Of a DNA stretch of 64,000 bases, positions 20,359-29,420 are shown one piece after another. The notes beneath the pieces were generated by a model. It worked only from the letters and a program-made list of their open reading frames with translations, was not told where the DNA came from and made no database searches. Source of the stretch: an uncultured delta proteobacterium (lineage in GTDB: Bacteria > Desulfobacterota > Binatia > UBA9968); NCBI GenBank assembly GCA_963727625.1, contig CAVSHR010000005.1, positions 320,001 through 384,000 of the forward strand, written 5' to 3'. How positions within the stretch are numbered: the stretch's first letter is position 1; every line of letters starts with the position of its first letter. The position numbers and the translations under genes are program-made.

Positions 20359-22428
20359 ATGTCCAAGTATCGTGTGACCGTAGACACCGGTGGGACCTTT
20401 TCCGATTTTGTCTTTTTTAACGAAGACACCGGCGAAATAGCCATCACCAAGGTTCCATCGACGCCGAAAGAACCTTTTCAAGCCGTGCTGAACGGCGTTA
20501 AAGAACTGCTCGATCAAGGCGTGCCGGCCGGCGACGTTTCGTTTTTCTGCCACGGCACGACAGTCGGCACCAACGCGCTCCTCGAAGAAAAAGGCGCCAA
20601 GACCGGCCTGCTGGTCACGCAGGGCTTCCGCGGCATTTATGAAGTCATGGAGCAGACCCGCGGCTACGGCCCGGCTACCTACGATCTCTTCTTCGAAAAG
20701 CCGCGGCTGCTCGCGCCCCCTTACTACACCGAAGAGATCCCCGAGCGGGTCGACTTCAAAGGGAATGCGTTAAAACCCATTGACGTGGAAACATCGCGCG
20801 AAGCTGTCGGGAGACTCAAGCAAAAAGGAGTCGAGTCGGTAGCGGTGTGCTTTCTCTTTTCCTTTTTGAATCCCGCCCACGAGCTCAAGATCAAAGAAAT
20901 CTTCGCCGAAGAGTTTCCCGAAGCGCGGCTGTCGCTGTCCTATGAAGTCCTGCCACAAATCCGCGAGTTTTATCGGCTCAGCACCACCGTGATCAATGCC
21001 TACATTCAGCCGGTCATGGCGAGTTATCTGGACCGGCTCGAAACCCGCATGCGCGAGCTGGGCATCACGACACCGAAACTTTACATCATGCAATCCAACG
21101 GCGGCGTCTCGACTTTCAGAGGCTCAGCGGAAAAACCGGTGGCCACCGTGCTCTCCGGCCCTGCCGGAGGCGTCATCGCTTCCATGGGCACCTGCGAGCG
21201 CGTCGGCATCAACAACATCATCACCTTCGATATGGGCGGCACCAGCTGCGATGTCGCCTTGATTCACCAGGGCAATCCCGTCATCACGACCCAGGGAAAG
21301 ATCAGCTTGCGCCCGATCGCCCTGCCGATGCTCGACATTCACACGGTCAGCGCCGGCGGCGGCACCATCGCGCGAATTGACGTCGTGGGCGGCTTGCAAG
21401 TCGGCCCCGACAGCGCGGGCGCCGACCCGGGCCCGGTATCCTACGATCGCGGCGGTGAGAACATCACGATCACGGACGCCAACATCGTCACCGGAGTTTT
21501 GGACCCCAATCATTTCCTCGGCGGCAGGATGAAACTCAACCGGCCCAAAGCGGAAAAGCTGCTGCAAGAGAAGATCGCCGAGCCGCTGAAGCTCGCTATG
21601 CACGAAGCCGCCGACGGGATTTTGAAAATCATCAACGTCAAGATGGAAGAAGCGATCAAGGCGGTCTCCTCGGCGCGCGGCTACGATATCCGTGACTTCA
21701 CCCTGGTCGCCTTCGGCGGCGGCGGTCCGATGCATGCCGGACGCATGGCCCTCGACCTCGGCATCCCGTCGGTTTTAATTCCGCTCACACCGGGCGTTCA
21801 CTCCGCGCTCGGTTTATTAATGTCGGACGTGAAACACGACTACGTGCGCTCGAAGCTGGTCGGGCTCGACGACCTTGATCTCGGCGAGATCAACCAGATG
21901 TTTCAGCAACTGATCGATCAGGCCAAAAAAGACCTGCGAGGCGAAGGCTTCACCGACAATGAGATCAAGATCGAGCCCCATCTCGACCTGCGCTACGCCG
22001 GCCAGGGCTATGAATTGACTGTTCCGTGCATGATGCCGCCGCTCAACAAGGAAGATTTGAAAGTCATGCGCGGGCGCTTCGACACGCTGCACGAGCAAAA
22101 CTCGGGGCATAAGGCCGAGACCGAGCCGGTGGAACTCGTCAGCCTGCGCCTGATTTCACTCGGCCTGGTGCCGCAGGCGAAACTCTCGCCGGGCAAAGTC
22201 ACCGGGCGCAAAGTTGAAGCGGCAAAAACCGGTGAACGCAAGGTTTATTTTGGCAAAGAGCACGGCACGCTCACGACACAGATTTACAATCGCGACAGGT
22301 TCGAGCCGGGCCATACCATCAGCGGCCCGGCCATCGTCGAGCAGTTGGACACCACCACGGTGATCCACCCCGAGCAGGAAGCGACCGTGGACGAGTATCG
22401 CAATATCATCATAAAGGAGAAGGCATGA
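20359..22428 (+). CDS. Hydantoinase/oxoprolinase A subunit (ATP-dependent)
   Basis: DTGGTFSD, HGTTVGTNA, SGPAGG, DMGGTSCD, SAGADPGP. Confidence 0.92.
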   Translation: MSKYRVTVDTGGTFSDFVFFNEDTGEIAITKVPSTPKEPFQAVLNGVKELLDQGVPAGDVSFFCHGTTVGTNALLEEKGAKTGLLVTQGFRGIYEVMEQTRGYGPATYDLFFEKPRLLAPPYYTEEIPERVDFKGNALKPIDVETSREAVGRLKQKGVESVAVCFLFSFLNPAHELKIKEIFAEEFPEARLSLSYEVLPQIREFYRLSTTVINAYIQPVMASYLDRLETRMRELGITTPKLYIMQSNGGVSTFRGSAEKPVATVLSGPAGGVIASMGTCERVGINNIITFDMGGTSCDVALIHQGNPVITTQGKISLRPIALPMLDIHTVSAGGGTIARIDVVGGLQVGPDSAGADPGPVSYDRGGENITITDANIVTGVLDPNHFLGGRMKLNRPKAEKLLQEKIAEPLKLAMHEAADGILKIINVKMEEAIKAVSSARGYDIRDFTLVAFGGGGPMHAGRMALDLGIPSVLIPLTPGVHSALGLLMSDVKHDYVRSKLVGLDDLDLGEINQMFQQLIDQAKKDLRGEGFTDNEIKIEPHLDLRYAGQGYELTVPCMMPPLNKEDLKVMRGRFDTLHEQNSGHKAETEPVELVSLRLISLGLVPQAKLSPGKVTGRKVEAAKTGERKVYFGKEHGTLTTQIYNRDRFEPGHTISGPAIVEQLDTTTVIHPEQEATVDEYRNIIIKEKA

Positions 22429-22440
22429 GACGACTAAGAC

Positions 22441-22530
22441 AGGCGGGAGGCGGGAGGCATGAGGTACAAGGGAAGGCAACTTCCCGCGTTCTTTGCTACT
22501 CACGCCTCGTGCCTTCCGCCTCACGCCTCC
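22441..22530. repeat. Inverted heptamer arrays
   Basis: AGGCGGG AGGCGGG AGGCATG AGG ... CTCACGC CTCGTGC CTTCCGC CTCACGC CTC. Confidence 0.65.
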
Positions 22531-22536
22531 AACGCT

Positions 22537-24285
22537 ATGACCGTTGATCCCGTAACCTTACAAGTTATCCAGGCCCGTCTCGCCGGCATCGTCCAGGAGA
22601 TGCAGAACTCGCTGTTCCGCACCGGATACTCGACGATCATCCGCGAGTCTCAGGACGCCAGCTGCGCGATCTTGAACCGCCAGGGCGAAGTGGTCGCCCA
22701 GCATGTCGTGTTGCCGCTGCACATGGGCGCATTCCCGGCCTGCGCCGCGGGCATTCTCAAAAACTACACGCCGGAAGAAGTGCACGAGGGCGACGCCTTC
22801 ATCACCAATCACCCTTACCTCGGCGGCAGCCCGCACGCGCCGGATATGGCGGTGCTCTCGCCGATTTTTTATCAAGGGGAGTGGGTGGGCTTTGCAGCTA
22901 ATTTGGCGCACAAAAGCGACATCGGCGGTCCGGTGCCGGGCAGCTGCTGGAGCCAGGCACGGGAAATCTATCAAGAAGGACTGCATGTGCCGCCGATCAA
23001 ATATGTGCAGGCTTACAAAACCAGCAAAGACATCGAAGCCTTGCTCGGTTGCAACAGCCGCACGCCGGAATTGGTCGTTGGCGACCTGCGCGGCCAGGTC
23101 GGCGCGGCGCGTCTCGGTGAAAAACGTTTTCAGGAGATGATGGAGCGTTACGGCAAGGAGACTATTCTCGACTCCTTCGAGCAACTCTTTGCCCTGACCG
23201 AAGCTAAGGTCCGCGCGGAAATCGCTTCATGGCCCGACGGTGTCGGCGAGGGCGAACGGTTCGTCGATAGCGACGGCATCGAGCTCGACAAGCCCGTGCG
23301 GTTGCATGCGCGCATCGAGAAAAAAGGCGACCACCTTCTCTTCGACTTCACCGGCTCGGCGGACCAGACCAAGGGCCCGGCCAATATCCGTCCGACTATC
23401 GTGCGCGCCGCTTGCTGTTACCTGCTCACCTGCCTGGTCGACCCGGCCCTCGCCATCAACTATGGCCTAGCCAGGTGTATCAATATCAAAGTGCGCGAAG
23501 GCAGTGTGGTCAATCCGCGTTTCCCGGCGCCGGTGAATACTTACAATCCCACCGTCCACGCGCTGGTGGAATCGCTGCTCGAAGCATCGAGCCAGATCAC
23601 GCCACACAAAAAAGTCGGCGACGGTTGCAGCAGCCGCTCGATCATCATCGGCGGGCGCAGCAACAAGACCGGCAAGGGCTACGTGCAATACGAAATTTTC
23701 GGCGGCGGTTCCGGCGGTCGGAGCGGCAAAGACGGCGTGTCGGGAACCAATGTGAATCAGTCCAACGCCAAGATCGCGCCCATCGAGATCATCGAGGCGG
23801 AGTTTTCCACCCGTGTCCGGCGCTTTGAACTAATCCCTGATTCCGGCGGTCCGGGCGAGTTCCGCGGCGGTTTGGGCTTCGTGCGGGAATACGAAGTGCT
23901 GGATAACGACGCGCGCTTTTCACTGCGCTCGACCAAGCATACGGTGGCGCCCAAAGGCATTGACGGCGGCATGGACGGCAAGACCGGCCTGTGCACGCTC
24001 AATCCCGGCACATCCGACGAGCGGGTGATCCCGTCGCGCTACTCCGACCACGTGCTTCACCCGGGCGAAGTGTTCAGTCTCGAAACTCCCGGCGGCGGCG
24101 GCCTCGGCGACCCGCGCCACCGCGATCCACTCAAAGTATTGAATGACGTGCGCAACGGCTACGTGACACCGAAGAAAGCGCGCGAGATTTTCGGTGTCGC
24201 CATCGATGGCGTCAACAGCGACTTTGTGCTCAATGAAGCGCAGACCCGCGCGCTGCGACAAGAGGCAACAGCCATTAGGCAATAG
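22537..24285 (+). CDS. Hydantoinase B/oxoprolinase subunit, copy 1
   Basis: IRESQDASC, NHPYLGGSPH, HKSDIGG, DSGGPGEFRGG, TPGGGGLGDP. Confidence 0.9.
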   Translation: MTVDPVTLQVIQARLAGIVQEMQNSLFRTGYSTIIRESQDASCAILNRQGEVVAQHVVLPLHMGAFPACAAGILKNYTPEEVHEGDAFITNHPYLGGSPHAPDMAVLSPIFYQGEWVGFAANLAHKSDIGGPVPGSCWSQAREIYQEGLHVPPIKYVQAYKTSKDIEALLGCNSRTPELVVGDLRGQVGAARLGEKRFQEMMERYGKETILDSFEQLFALTEAKVRAEIASWPDGVGEGERFVDSDGIELDKPVRLHARIEKKGDHLLFDFTGSADQTKGPANIRPTIVRAACCYLLTCLVDPALAINYGLARCINIKVREGSVVNPRFPAPVNTYNPTVHALVESLLEASSQITPHKKVGDGCSSRSIIIGGRSNKTGKGYVQYEIFGGGSGGRSGKDGVSGTNVNQSNAKIAPIEIIEAEFSTRVRRFELIPDSGGPGEFRGGLGFVREYEVLDNDARFSLRSTKHTVAPKGIDGGMDGKTGLCTLNPGTSDERVIPSRYSDHVLHPGEVFSLETPGGGGLGDPRHRDPLKVLNDVRNGYVTPKKAREIFGVAIDGVNSDFVLNEAQTRALRQEATAIRQ

Positions 24286-24357
24286 GCAACAGAAAATACC
24301 CAGCGCCGGTTCTCTTTATTTTCACTAATGCCTATTGCCTGATGCCTATTCCCTAAC
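24263..24357. repeat. Inverted heptamer arrays overlapping the stop of hydantoinase B copy 1
   Basis: AGGCAAC AGCCATT AGGCAAT AGGCAAC ... CTAATGC CTATTGC CTGATGC CTATTCC. Confidence 0.65.
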
Positions 24358-24359
24358 CC

Positions 24360-26093
24360 ATGTCCGTCGATCCCATCACCCTCCAAGTTATCCAAGCGCG
24401 CCTGGCCGGCATCGTCCAGGAAATGCAAAACTCGCTGTTTCGCACCGGCTACTCGACGATTATTCGCGAGTCTCAGGATGCCAGTTGCGCGCTATTGAAC
24501 ACCAAGGGGGAAGTGGTGGCGCAGCATGTCGTGCTGCCGCTGCACATGGGCGCCTTCCCGGCCTGCGCCGAAGCAATTCTCAAGGCCTTTCCGCCCAGCC
24601 AAATTTGCCAGGGCGACGCTTTTATTATCAACCACCCCTACCTCGGCGGCAGCCCCCACGCGCCGGATATGGGCGTGCTCACGCCGATCTTCCATCGCGG
24701 CGATTGGGTCGGTTTCGCCGCCGACATGGCGCACAAGAGCGATATTGGCGGTACCGTGCCCGGCAGCGGCTCGGGCAACGCGCGGGAGATTTATCAAGAA
24801 GGCCTGCACCTGCCGCCGGTCAAATACATGTCACGGCTAAAGCCTGTCAAAGAAATCGAAGCGCTGATCGCCGCCAACAGCCGGACCTCCGCGCTGGTCA
24901 TCGGTGACCTGCGCGGCCAAGTGGGCGCCGCCCGTGTTGGCGAGCGGCGCATGGCTGAGCTGATGGAGCGCTACGGCAAGACCACCGTGCTCGACTGCAC
25001 CGAACTCTTGTCGGACTACACCGAAAACCGCGTGCGCCAGGCCATCTCCTGCTGGCCCGACGGCGAATCCGAGGGCGAGACTTTCGTCGACCACGACGGC
25101 ATCGATCTCACCCAACCGATTCACGTTCATGTCAAAGTGATCAAACGCGGCGACCGTATCCATTTTGACTTTAACGCCAGCAGCGACCAAACCCAGGGAC
25201 CGGCGAATATCCGCCCGCCGCTGGTGCGCGCAGCCTGTGTCTACTGTCTGGTTGCGCTGGTGGACCGGTTTCTACCGATCAATCAGGGCTTGGCCCGCGT
25301 CATCGACGCCAGCTTTCGCCAGGGCAGCGTCGTCGACCCCCGCTTCCCGGCCGCGGTGAATACTTACATGCCGACGGCGCTCGCCGTCGCGGAAGCGGTT
25401 TTAAGAGCGCTGGCGCCCTTCGTGCCGGACAAGCGAATCGCTGGCGGCTCAGGCAGCGCGGCATTGGTGCTGGGTGGCCGCGACAACCAAAATGACCGCG
25501 CCTTCGTGCACTATGAAATTTTCAGCGGCGGTACCGGCGCCCGTTCAGGCAAAGACGGCGTCTCGGCCACCGCATTTCATTTGAGCAATTGTAAAACCGC
25601 ACCCATCGAAATCATCGAGTCAGAGTTTCCAACTCGGGTCGAACGTTTTGAAATGATTGCGGATTCCGGCGGCGCGGGCGAGTGGCGTGGCGGCCTCGGT
25701 TTCGTCCGAGACTATCGCATTCTTGGCGACGACGTGCGCTTTTCCATGCGCACCGACAAGCATGCCGTCGAACCCTTCGGCACCGACCAAGGCCTTCCGG
25801 GACGCACCGGTGCCTGCTTGGTGAATCCCGCTGCCGGCGCAGAAAAGCGTCTTCCCTCGCGTTTCGGCGATCACCGGCTGCAACGAAGCGATATCGTCAG
25901 AGTCGAACGTCCCGGCGGCGGCGGCCTTGGCAACCCGCGCCGACGGCCCACCGAAAAAGTGGTCGAAGACGTGCGCCAGGGGTACGTTTCCACCGAGCGG
26001 GCTGAATCCGATTATGGCGTAAAGCTTCGGCTCGCCGACGGCAAACCCGTCGTGGACGAGGCCGCCACTGTCATTTTGAGAGGAAAAAATTAA
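24360..26093 (+). CDS. Hydantoinase B/oxoprolinase subunit, copy 2
   Basis: Same motifs as copy 1; N-terminal ~40 aa almost identical. Confidence 0.9.
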   Translation: MSVDPITLQVIQARLAGIVQEMQNSLFRTGYSTIIRESQDASCALLNTKGEVVAQHVVLPLHMGAFPACAEAILKAFPPSQICQGDAFIINHPYLGGSPHAPDMGVLTPIFHRGDWVGFAADMAHKSDIGGTVPGSGSGNAREIYQEGLHLPPVKYMSRLKPVKEIEALIAANSRTSALVIGDLRGQVGAARVGERRMAELMERYGKTTVLDCTELLSDYTENRVRQAISCWPDGESEGETFVDHDGIDLTQPIHVHVKVIKRGDRIHFDFNASSDQTQGPANIRPPLVRAACVYCLVALVDRFLPINQGLARVIDASFRQGSVVDPRFPAAVNTYMPTALAVAEAVLRALAPFVPDKRIAGGSGSAALVLGGRDNQNDRAFVHYEIFSGGTGARSGKDGVSATAFHLSNCKTAPIEIIESEFPTRVERFEMIADSGGAGEWRGGLGFVRDYRILGDDVRFSMRTDKHAVEPFGTDQGLPGRTGACLVNPAAGAEKRLPSRFGDHRLQRSDIVRVERPGGGGLGNPRRRPTEKVVEDVRQGYVSTERAESDYGVKLRLADGKPVVDEAATVILRGKN

Positions 26094-26100
26094 AAAACCG

Positions 26101-26130
26101 TTGGCATTGACTTGTTCCCTCTGCTATACA
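26101..26130 (+). promoter_or_regulatory. Sigma70-like promoter of the SWIB gene
   Basis: TTGGCA-N18-TATACA with extended -10 TG; AAGGAGG RBS downstream. Confidence 0.45.
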
Positions 26131-26166
26131 GGTAGAAAAATTTTTCACCCCTGAAGGAGGGAAGAA

Positions 26167-26439
26167 ATGGCAGCAGCAAAAAAGAAACGCAAACCAAATG
26201 CGGCTTTCATGAAACCGGTTCAACCGGACGCCGCTCTCAGCGCCGTGGTCGGCAACAAACCGATCCCGCGCACGGAACTGACCAAGAAACTGTGGGGCTA
26301 CATTAAAAAGAATGGGCTCCAGGACAAAAAGAAGAAGACCAACATCAACGCCGACGACAAGCTCAAGGCGGTATTCGGCGGCAAAAAGACCGTGACCATG
26401 TTCGAGATGACCAAACTGGTCAGCAAGCATGTGAAGTAA
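26167..26439 (+). CDS. Stand-alone SWIB/MDM2 domain protein, Lys-rich
   Basis: AFMKPVQP...LSAVVG..P.PRTELTKKLWGYIKKNGLQD...INADDKLKAVFGG..VTMFEMTKLVSKH. Confidence 0.9.
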   Translation: MAAAKKKRKPNAAFMKPVQPDAALSAVVGNKPIPRTELTKKLWGYIKKNGLQDKKKKTNINADDKLKAVFGGKKTVTMFEMTKLVSKHVK

Positions 26440-26467
26440 TACCCTTAACGCGAAAAAGCATTTTCAG

Positions 26468-26505
26468 GGCCAAGGGCATCGCCATAGCGGGTGCTCTTGG
26501 CCTTT
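26468..26505 (+). terminator. Probable intrinsic terminator
   Basis: GGCCAAGGGCATC...GGTGCTCTTGGCC stem followed by TTTG. Confidence 0.55.
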
Positions 26506-26627
26506 GTGTTTCGAGCTCGAAACAATTCCTGCTCTCTTGCCGCCGTCGAAAAGGGATTCATTGCTTGTGTCGAAATTACCGCAATGTGCTAGAGCTGAGC
26601 AAAAGAGCCGACGAGGACGAAACGGCC

Positions 26628-27488
26628 ATGAGCGAATTCGCCTACAGAAATTTTCGCCAGGAAGAGATGGAGTTTCAATACAATCCGCGCGTCTCGGTGC
26701 CGGAGTATCCTGAGCTCGCGAAAATCCGGGCCGCGCAAGCGCGCAAGGTGCGCGAGACCGCCAGGTCGTGGCTGAACGTTGCCTACGGCGCTTCGCCGCG
26801 CGAAATTCTGGACATCTACGCCGCGGACAAACCCGGCGGGCCGGTGTTGGTTTACATCCACGGCGGCTACTGGCGCAGCGGCAGCAAAGAGGACAACTGC
26901 AATTTCGTGCCGACTTTCACCCGGCGCGGCGCCTCCGTCGTCCTCGTCGAATACGATCTCTGTCCCAAGGTCACCGTCAGCGACATCGTCCGGCAAACCC
27001 GCTCGGCAATCGGTTGGACTTACAAAAACATCTTGCGCTACGGCGGCGATCCATCGAAACTGTTTGTTTCGGGCCACTCCGCCGGCGGCCATTTGACCGC
27101 GATGGCGCTGGCCCATGATTGGCCCGGCGACGGGCTGCCCGCCGATATGATCAAGGGCGCGACGGCGACTTCGGGAGTTTACGATCTCGACATGGTGATG
27201 CGGATCAGCGTGCAGGAGCAAGTGCGAATGACACCCGAGCTCGCCAGGGAAAACAGCCCGCTGCTTCACCCGCCGCGGGTTCGATGCCCGCTCGTCGTCG
27301 CCGTCGGCGCCGCCGAGCCCAAGGGCTGGCAAGAGATTTCACGAGACTACTACGAGTACTGCAAAGCCACCGGCATGAGCGTCGATTATCTCGTCGAGCC
27401 CGAAGCCAATCATTACACCATGTCGGAGCATTTGCTCGACGACACGCGCCCGTTAACCCGCGCGATGATCCAACAAATGGGAATTTAA
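26628..27488 (+). CDS. Alpha/beta hydrolase, arylformamidase (eukaryote-type kynurenine formamidase)-like
   Basis: QYNPR, IHGGYW, GHSAGGHL, SGVYDL, NHY. Confidence 0.8.
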   Translation: MSEFAYRNFRQEEMEFQYNPRVSVPEYPELAKIRAAQARKVRETARSWLNVAYGASPREILDIYAADKPGGPVLVYIHGGYWRSGSKEDNCNFVPTFTRRGASVVLVEYDLCPKVTVSDIVRQTRSAIGWTYKNILRYGGDPSKLFVSGHSAGGHLTAMALAHDWPGDGLPADMIKGATATSGVYDLDMVMRISVQEQVRMTPELARENSPLLHPPRVRCPLVVAVGAAEPKGWQEISRDYYEYCKATGMSVDYLVEPEANHYTMSEHLLDDTRPLTRAMIQQMGI

Positions 27489-27540
27489 GCCGGCAACAAT
27501 TCGAGTTAGCGAACGGGAGCGCCGCTTATGAAATTCAAAC

Positions 27541-27578
27541 AATTTGAACACTTTGAACGGCTTGAACTATTTGAACGA
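27541..27578. repeat. 9-bp-period TTGAAC array
   Basis: TTTGAACAC TTTGAACGG CTTGAACTA TTTGAACG. Confidence 0.65.
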
Positions 27579-27601
27579 CGCCAACGTAGAAACATCGAAA
27601 C

Positions 27602-28438
27602 ATGCCGAATGTAAAACTACCCACGGGCGCCAATCTCTACTATGAATCGCACGGCGCCGGCGAGCCGCTGGTGCTGATCCCTTCAACCGCCTTTTCCGGC
27701 GAAGTATGGAAACCCTACCAAGTTCCCGGATTGTCTAAGTCACTCAATGTTATCATTCACGACCCGCGCGGAACTGGCCGCTCGACCGCAAGCCAACAGG
27801 TTTACACGATCAACCAGATGGCCAACGACGTGGTCGCGCTGTTGGATCATCTGAAAATTCCGTCGGCTCATCTGCTCGGCCATTCCATGGGTGGGCGTAT
27901 CGCCCTGGAGATGGCGCTCAATTTTCCGGGCAGGGTCAAAAGCCTGATCATGGCGGCCAGCGGCTCCGGCCAGGCGGCGCGTCCGGGACCGGATTGTATT
28001 CCCGGTCTGCCCCACTGGCTGGTGATTCGATTGGTTGAAAAGGGTTTCGAGAAAGCGCTGCGTGAAGAATTTTGCGATACCAGCGCTTTTTTCACGAAAG
28101 AATACCGCGACAAACATCCCGACAAAATCGAGGAGTTTTTTCAGCTCGCCTGGGCCACCCACTCGAAACTGCCGGAGTATATCCATTTGATCATCGCCCG
28201 TCATAATTGGGAAGCTACCCATCGTCTCAGCGACGTGCGCTGTCCGACGCTGGTTCTGATTGGCGACAACGACTCGGCCCGGAGCAATCATTTTGCGCAG
28301 GCCGAGACTTTGAAGAACCGCATTGCCAACGCCGAGCTCAAAGTGCTCAATGGCCAGTCCCACGGCTTTTTCTGGCAAGCGCCAGAAGAAACCAATCGAG
28401 CGATACTCGATTGGATCAAGAAGCACAGCGGCAATTAA
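27602..28438 (+). CDS. Alpha/beta fold hydrolase, copy 1
   Basis: DPRGTGRS, GHSMGG nucleophile elbow, SHGFF. Confidence 0.88.
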   Translation: MPNVKLPTGANLYYESHGAGEPLVLIPSTAFSGEVWKPYQVPGLSKSLNVIIHDPRGTGRSTASQQVYTINQMANDVVALLDHLKIPSAHLLGHSMGGRIALEMALNFPGRVKSLIMAASGSGQAARPGPDCIPGLPHWLVIRLVEKGFEKALREEFCDTSAFFTKEYRDKHPDKIEEFFQLAWATHSKLPEYIHLIIARHNWEATHRLSDVRCPTLVLIGDNDSARSNHFAQAETLKNRIANAELKVLNGQSHGFFWQAPEETNRAILDWIKKHSGN

Positions 28439-28442
28439 TTTC

Positions 28443-29279
28443 ATGCCCACGGCTGCATTGCCCACCGGCGTCGAGCTTTATTATGAGGTTCACGGCAGCG
28501 GCGAGCCCCTGCTGTTTTTCCCCTCCACCGCTTTTTCCGCGGGCGTTTGGAAACCCTATCAAGTCCCGGCGCTGGCGCAGTCCCTGCAACTGATCCTCCA
28601 TGACCCGCGCGGTTGCCCGCGCAGTAGAGTCTCACAGCAGGTCTATACGATCGAACAAATGGCCAGCGATGCGGCCGCGCTGCTCGATCATTTAGATATT
28701 CCGGCAGCCCATCTGATCGGCCACTCGATGGGCGGGCGCGTGGCGCTGACGATGGCGCTCAATTTTCCCGGCAGAGTGAAGAGTCTGATCATGGCCGCCG
28801 GCGGGTCCGGTCTGGTGCCGCGCCCCGGGCCCGATTGCGTCCCCGGCCTGCCCCTTTGGCTGGTGCTCGGTCTGGTCGAAAAAGGCTACGAGAAATGTCT
28901 CCGCGATGAGTACTGCGACTCGGAGGTTTTTTTCACCCGCAATTTCCGCGCGCGCCATCCGGAGCGCGTCGAGGAATTTTTCCGCGTCGCTCGCGCCACC
29001 CACGCCGGGTTAAGCGAGTACCTCCAGCTCAGCATCGCGCGCCACAACTGGGAAGCCACCCACCGACTCGGCGACGTGCATTGCCCCACACTGGTACTGA
29101 TCGGCAACCACGACCGCGCCCGCAGCGACCACTTGGTTCAGGCGCAAGCACTGACCGAAAGAATCCCCGGCGCTGAATTGCAAGTGCTCGACGGCCAATC
29201 CCACGGCTTTTTCTGGCAGGCCCCCGAGGAAACCAACCAAGTCATTCTCGACTGGGTGATGCGCCACGCCGCGCAGTAA
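28443..29279 (+). CDS. Alpha/beta fold hydrolase, copy 2 (tandem paralog)
   Basis: ATG at 28443 gives the same 278-aa length as copy 1; colinear, GHSMGG. Confidence 0.88.
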   Translation: MPTAALPTGVELYYEVHGSGEPLLFFPSTAFSAGVWKPYQVPALAQSLQLILHDPRGCPRSRVSQQVYTIEQMASDAAALLDHLDIPAAHLIGHSMGGRVALTMALNFPGRVKSLIMAAGGSGLVPRPGPDCVPGLPLWLVLGLVEKGYEKCLRDEYCDSEVFFTRNFRARHPERVEEFFRVARATHAGLSEYLQLSIARHNWEATHRLGDVHCPTLVLIGNHDRARSDHLVQAQALTERIPGAELQVLDGQSHGFFWQAPEETNQVILDWVMRHAAQ

Positions 29280-29420
29280 ATCGACCGCCGCCAATCAGTG
29301 TGGCGGTGGAGCCGGCCCCAGAACAAATCACAGAAGGCTTGTATTCGGCGCTAGCCGAAACTACCCGAAGTGGACAGGAACCACGCTCTAGGCTAGAAGG
29401 GTTGTCGGGAGAAACGAACC

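Noticed and set aside
10283-26439. SNF2 helicase plus SWIB protein as a bacterial SWI/SNF-like complex
   Set aside because: They are about 12.6 kb apart on opposite strands with unrelated genes between; the link rests on domain names only.
27541-27578. TTGAAC arrays as degenerate CRISPR arrays
   Set aside because: The units are 7-9 bp with no unique spacers.
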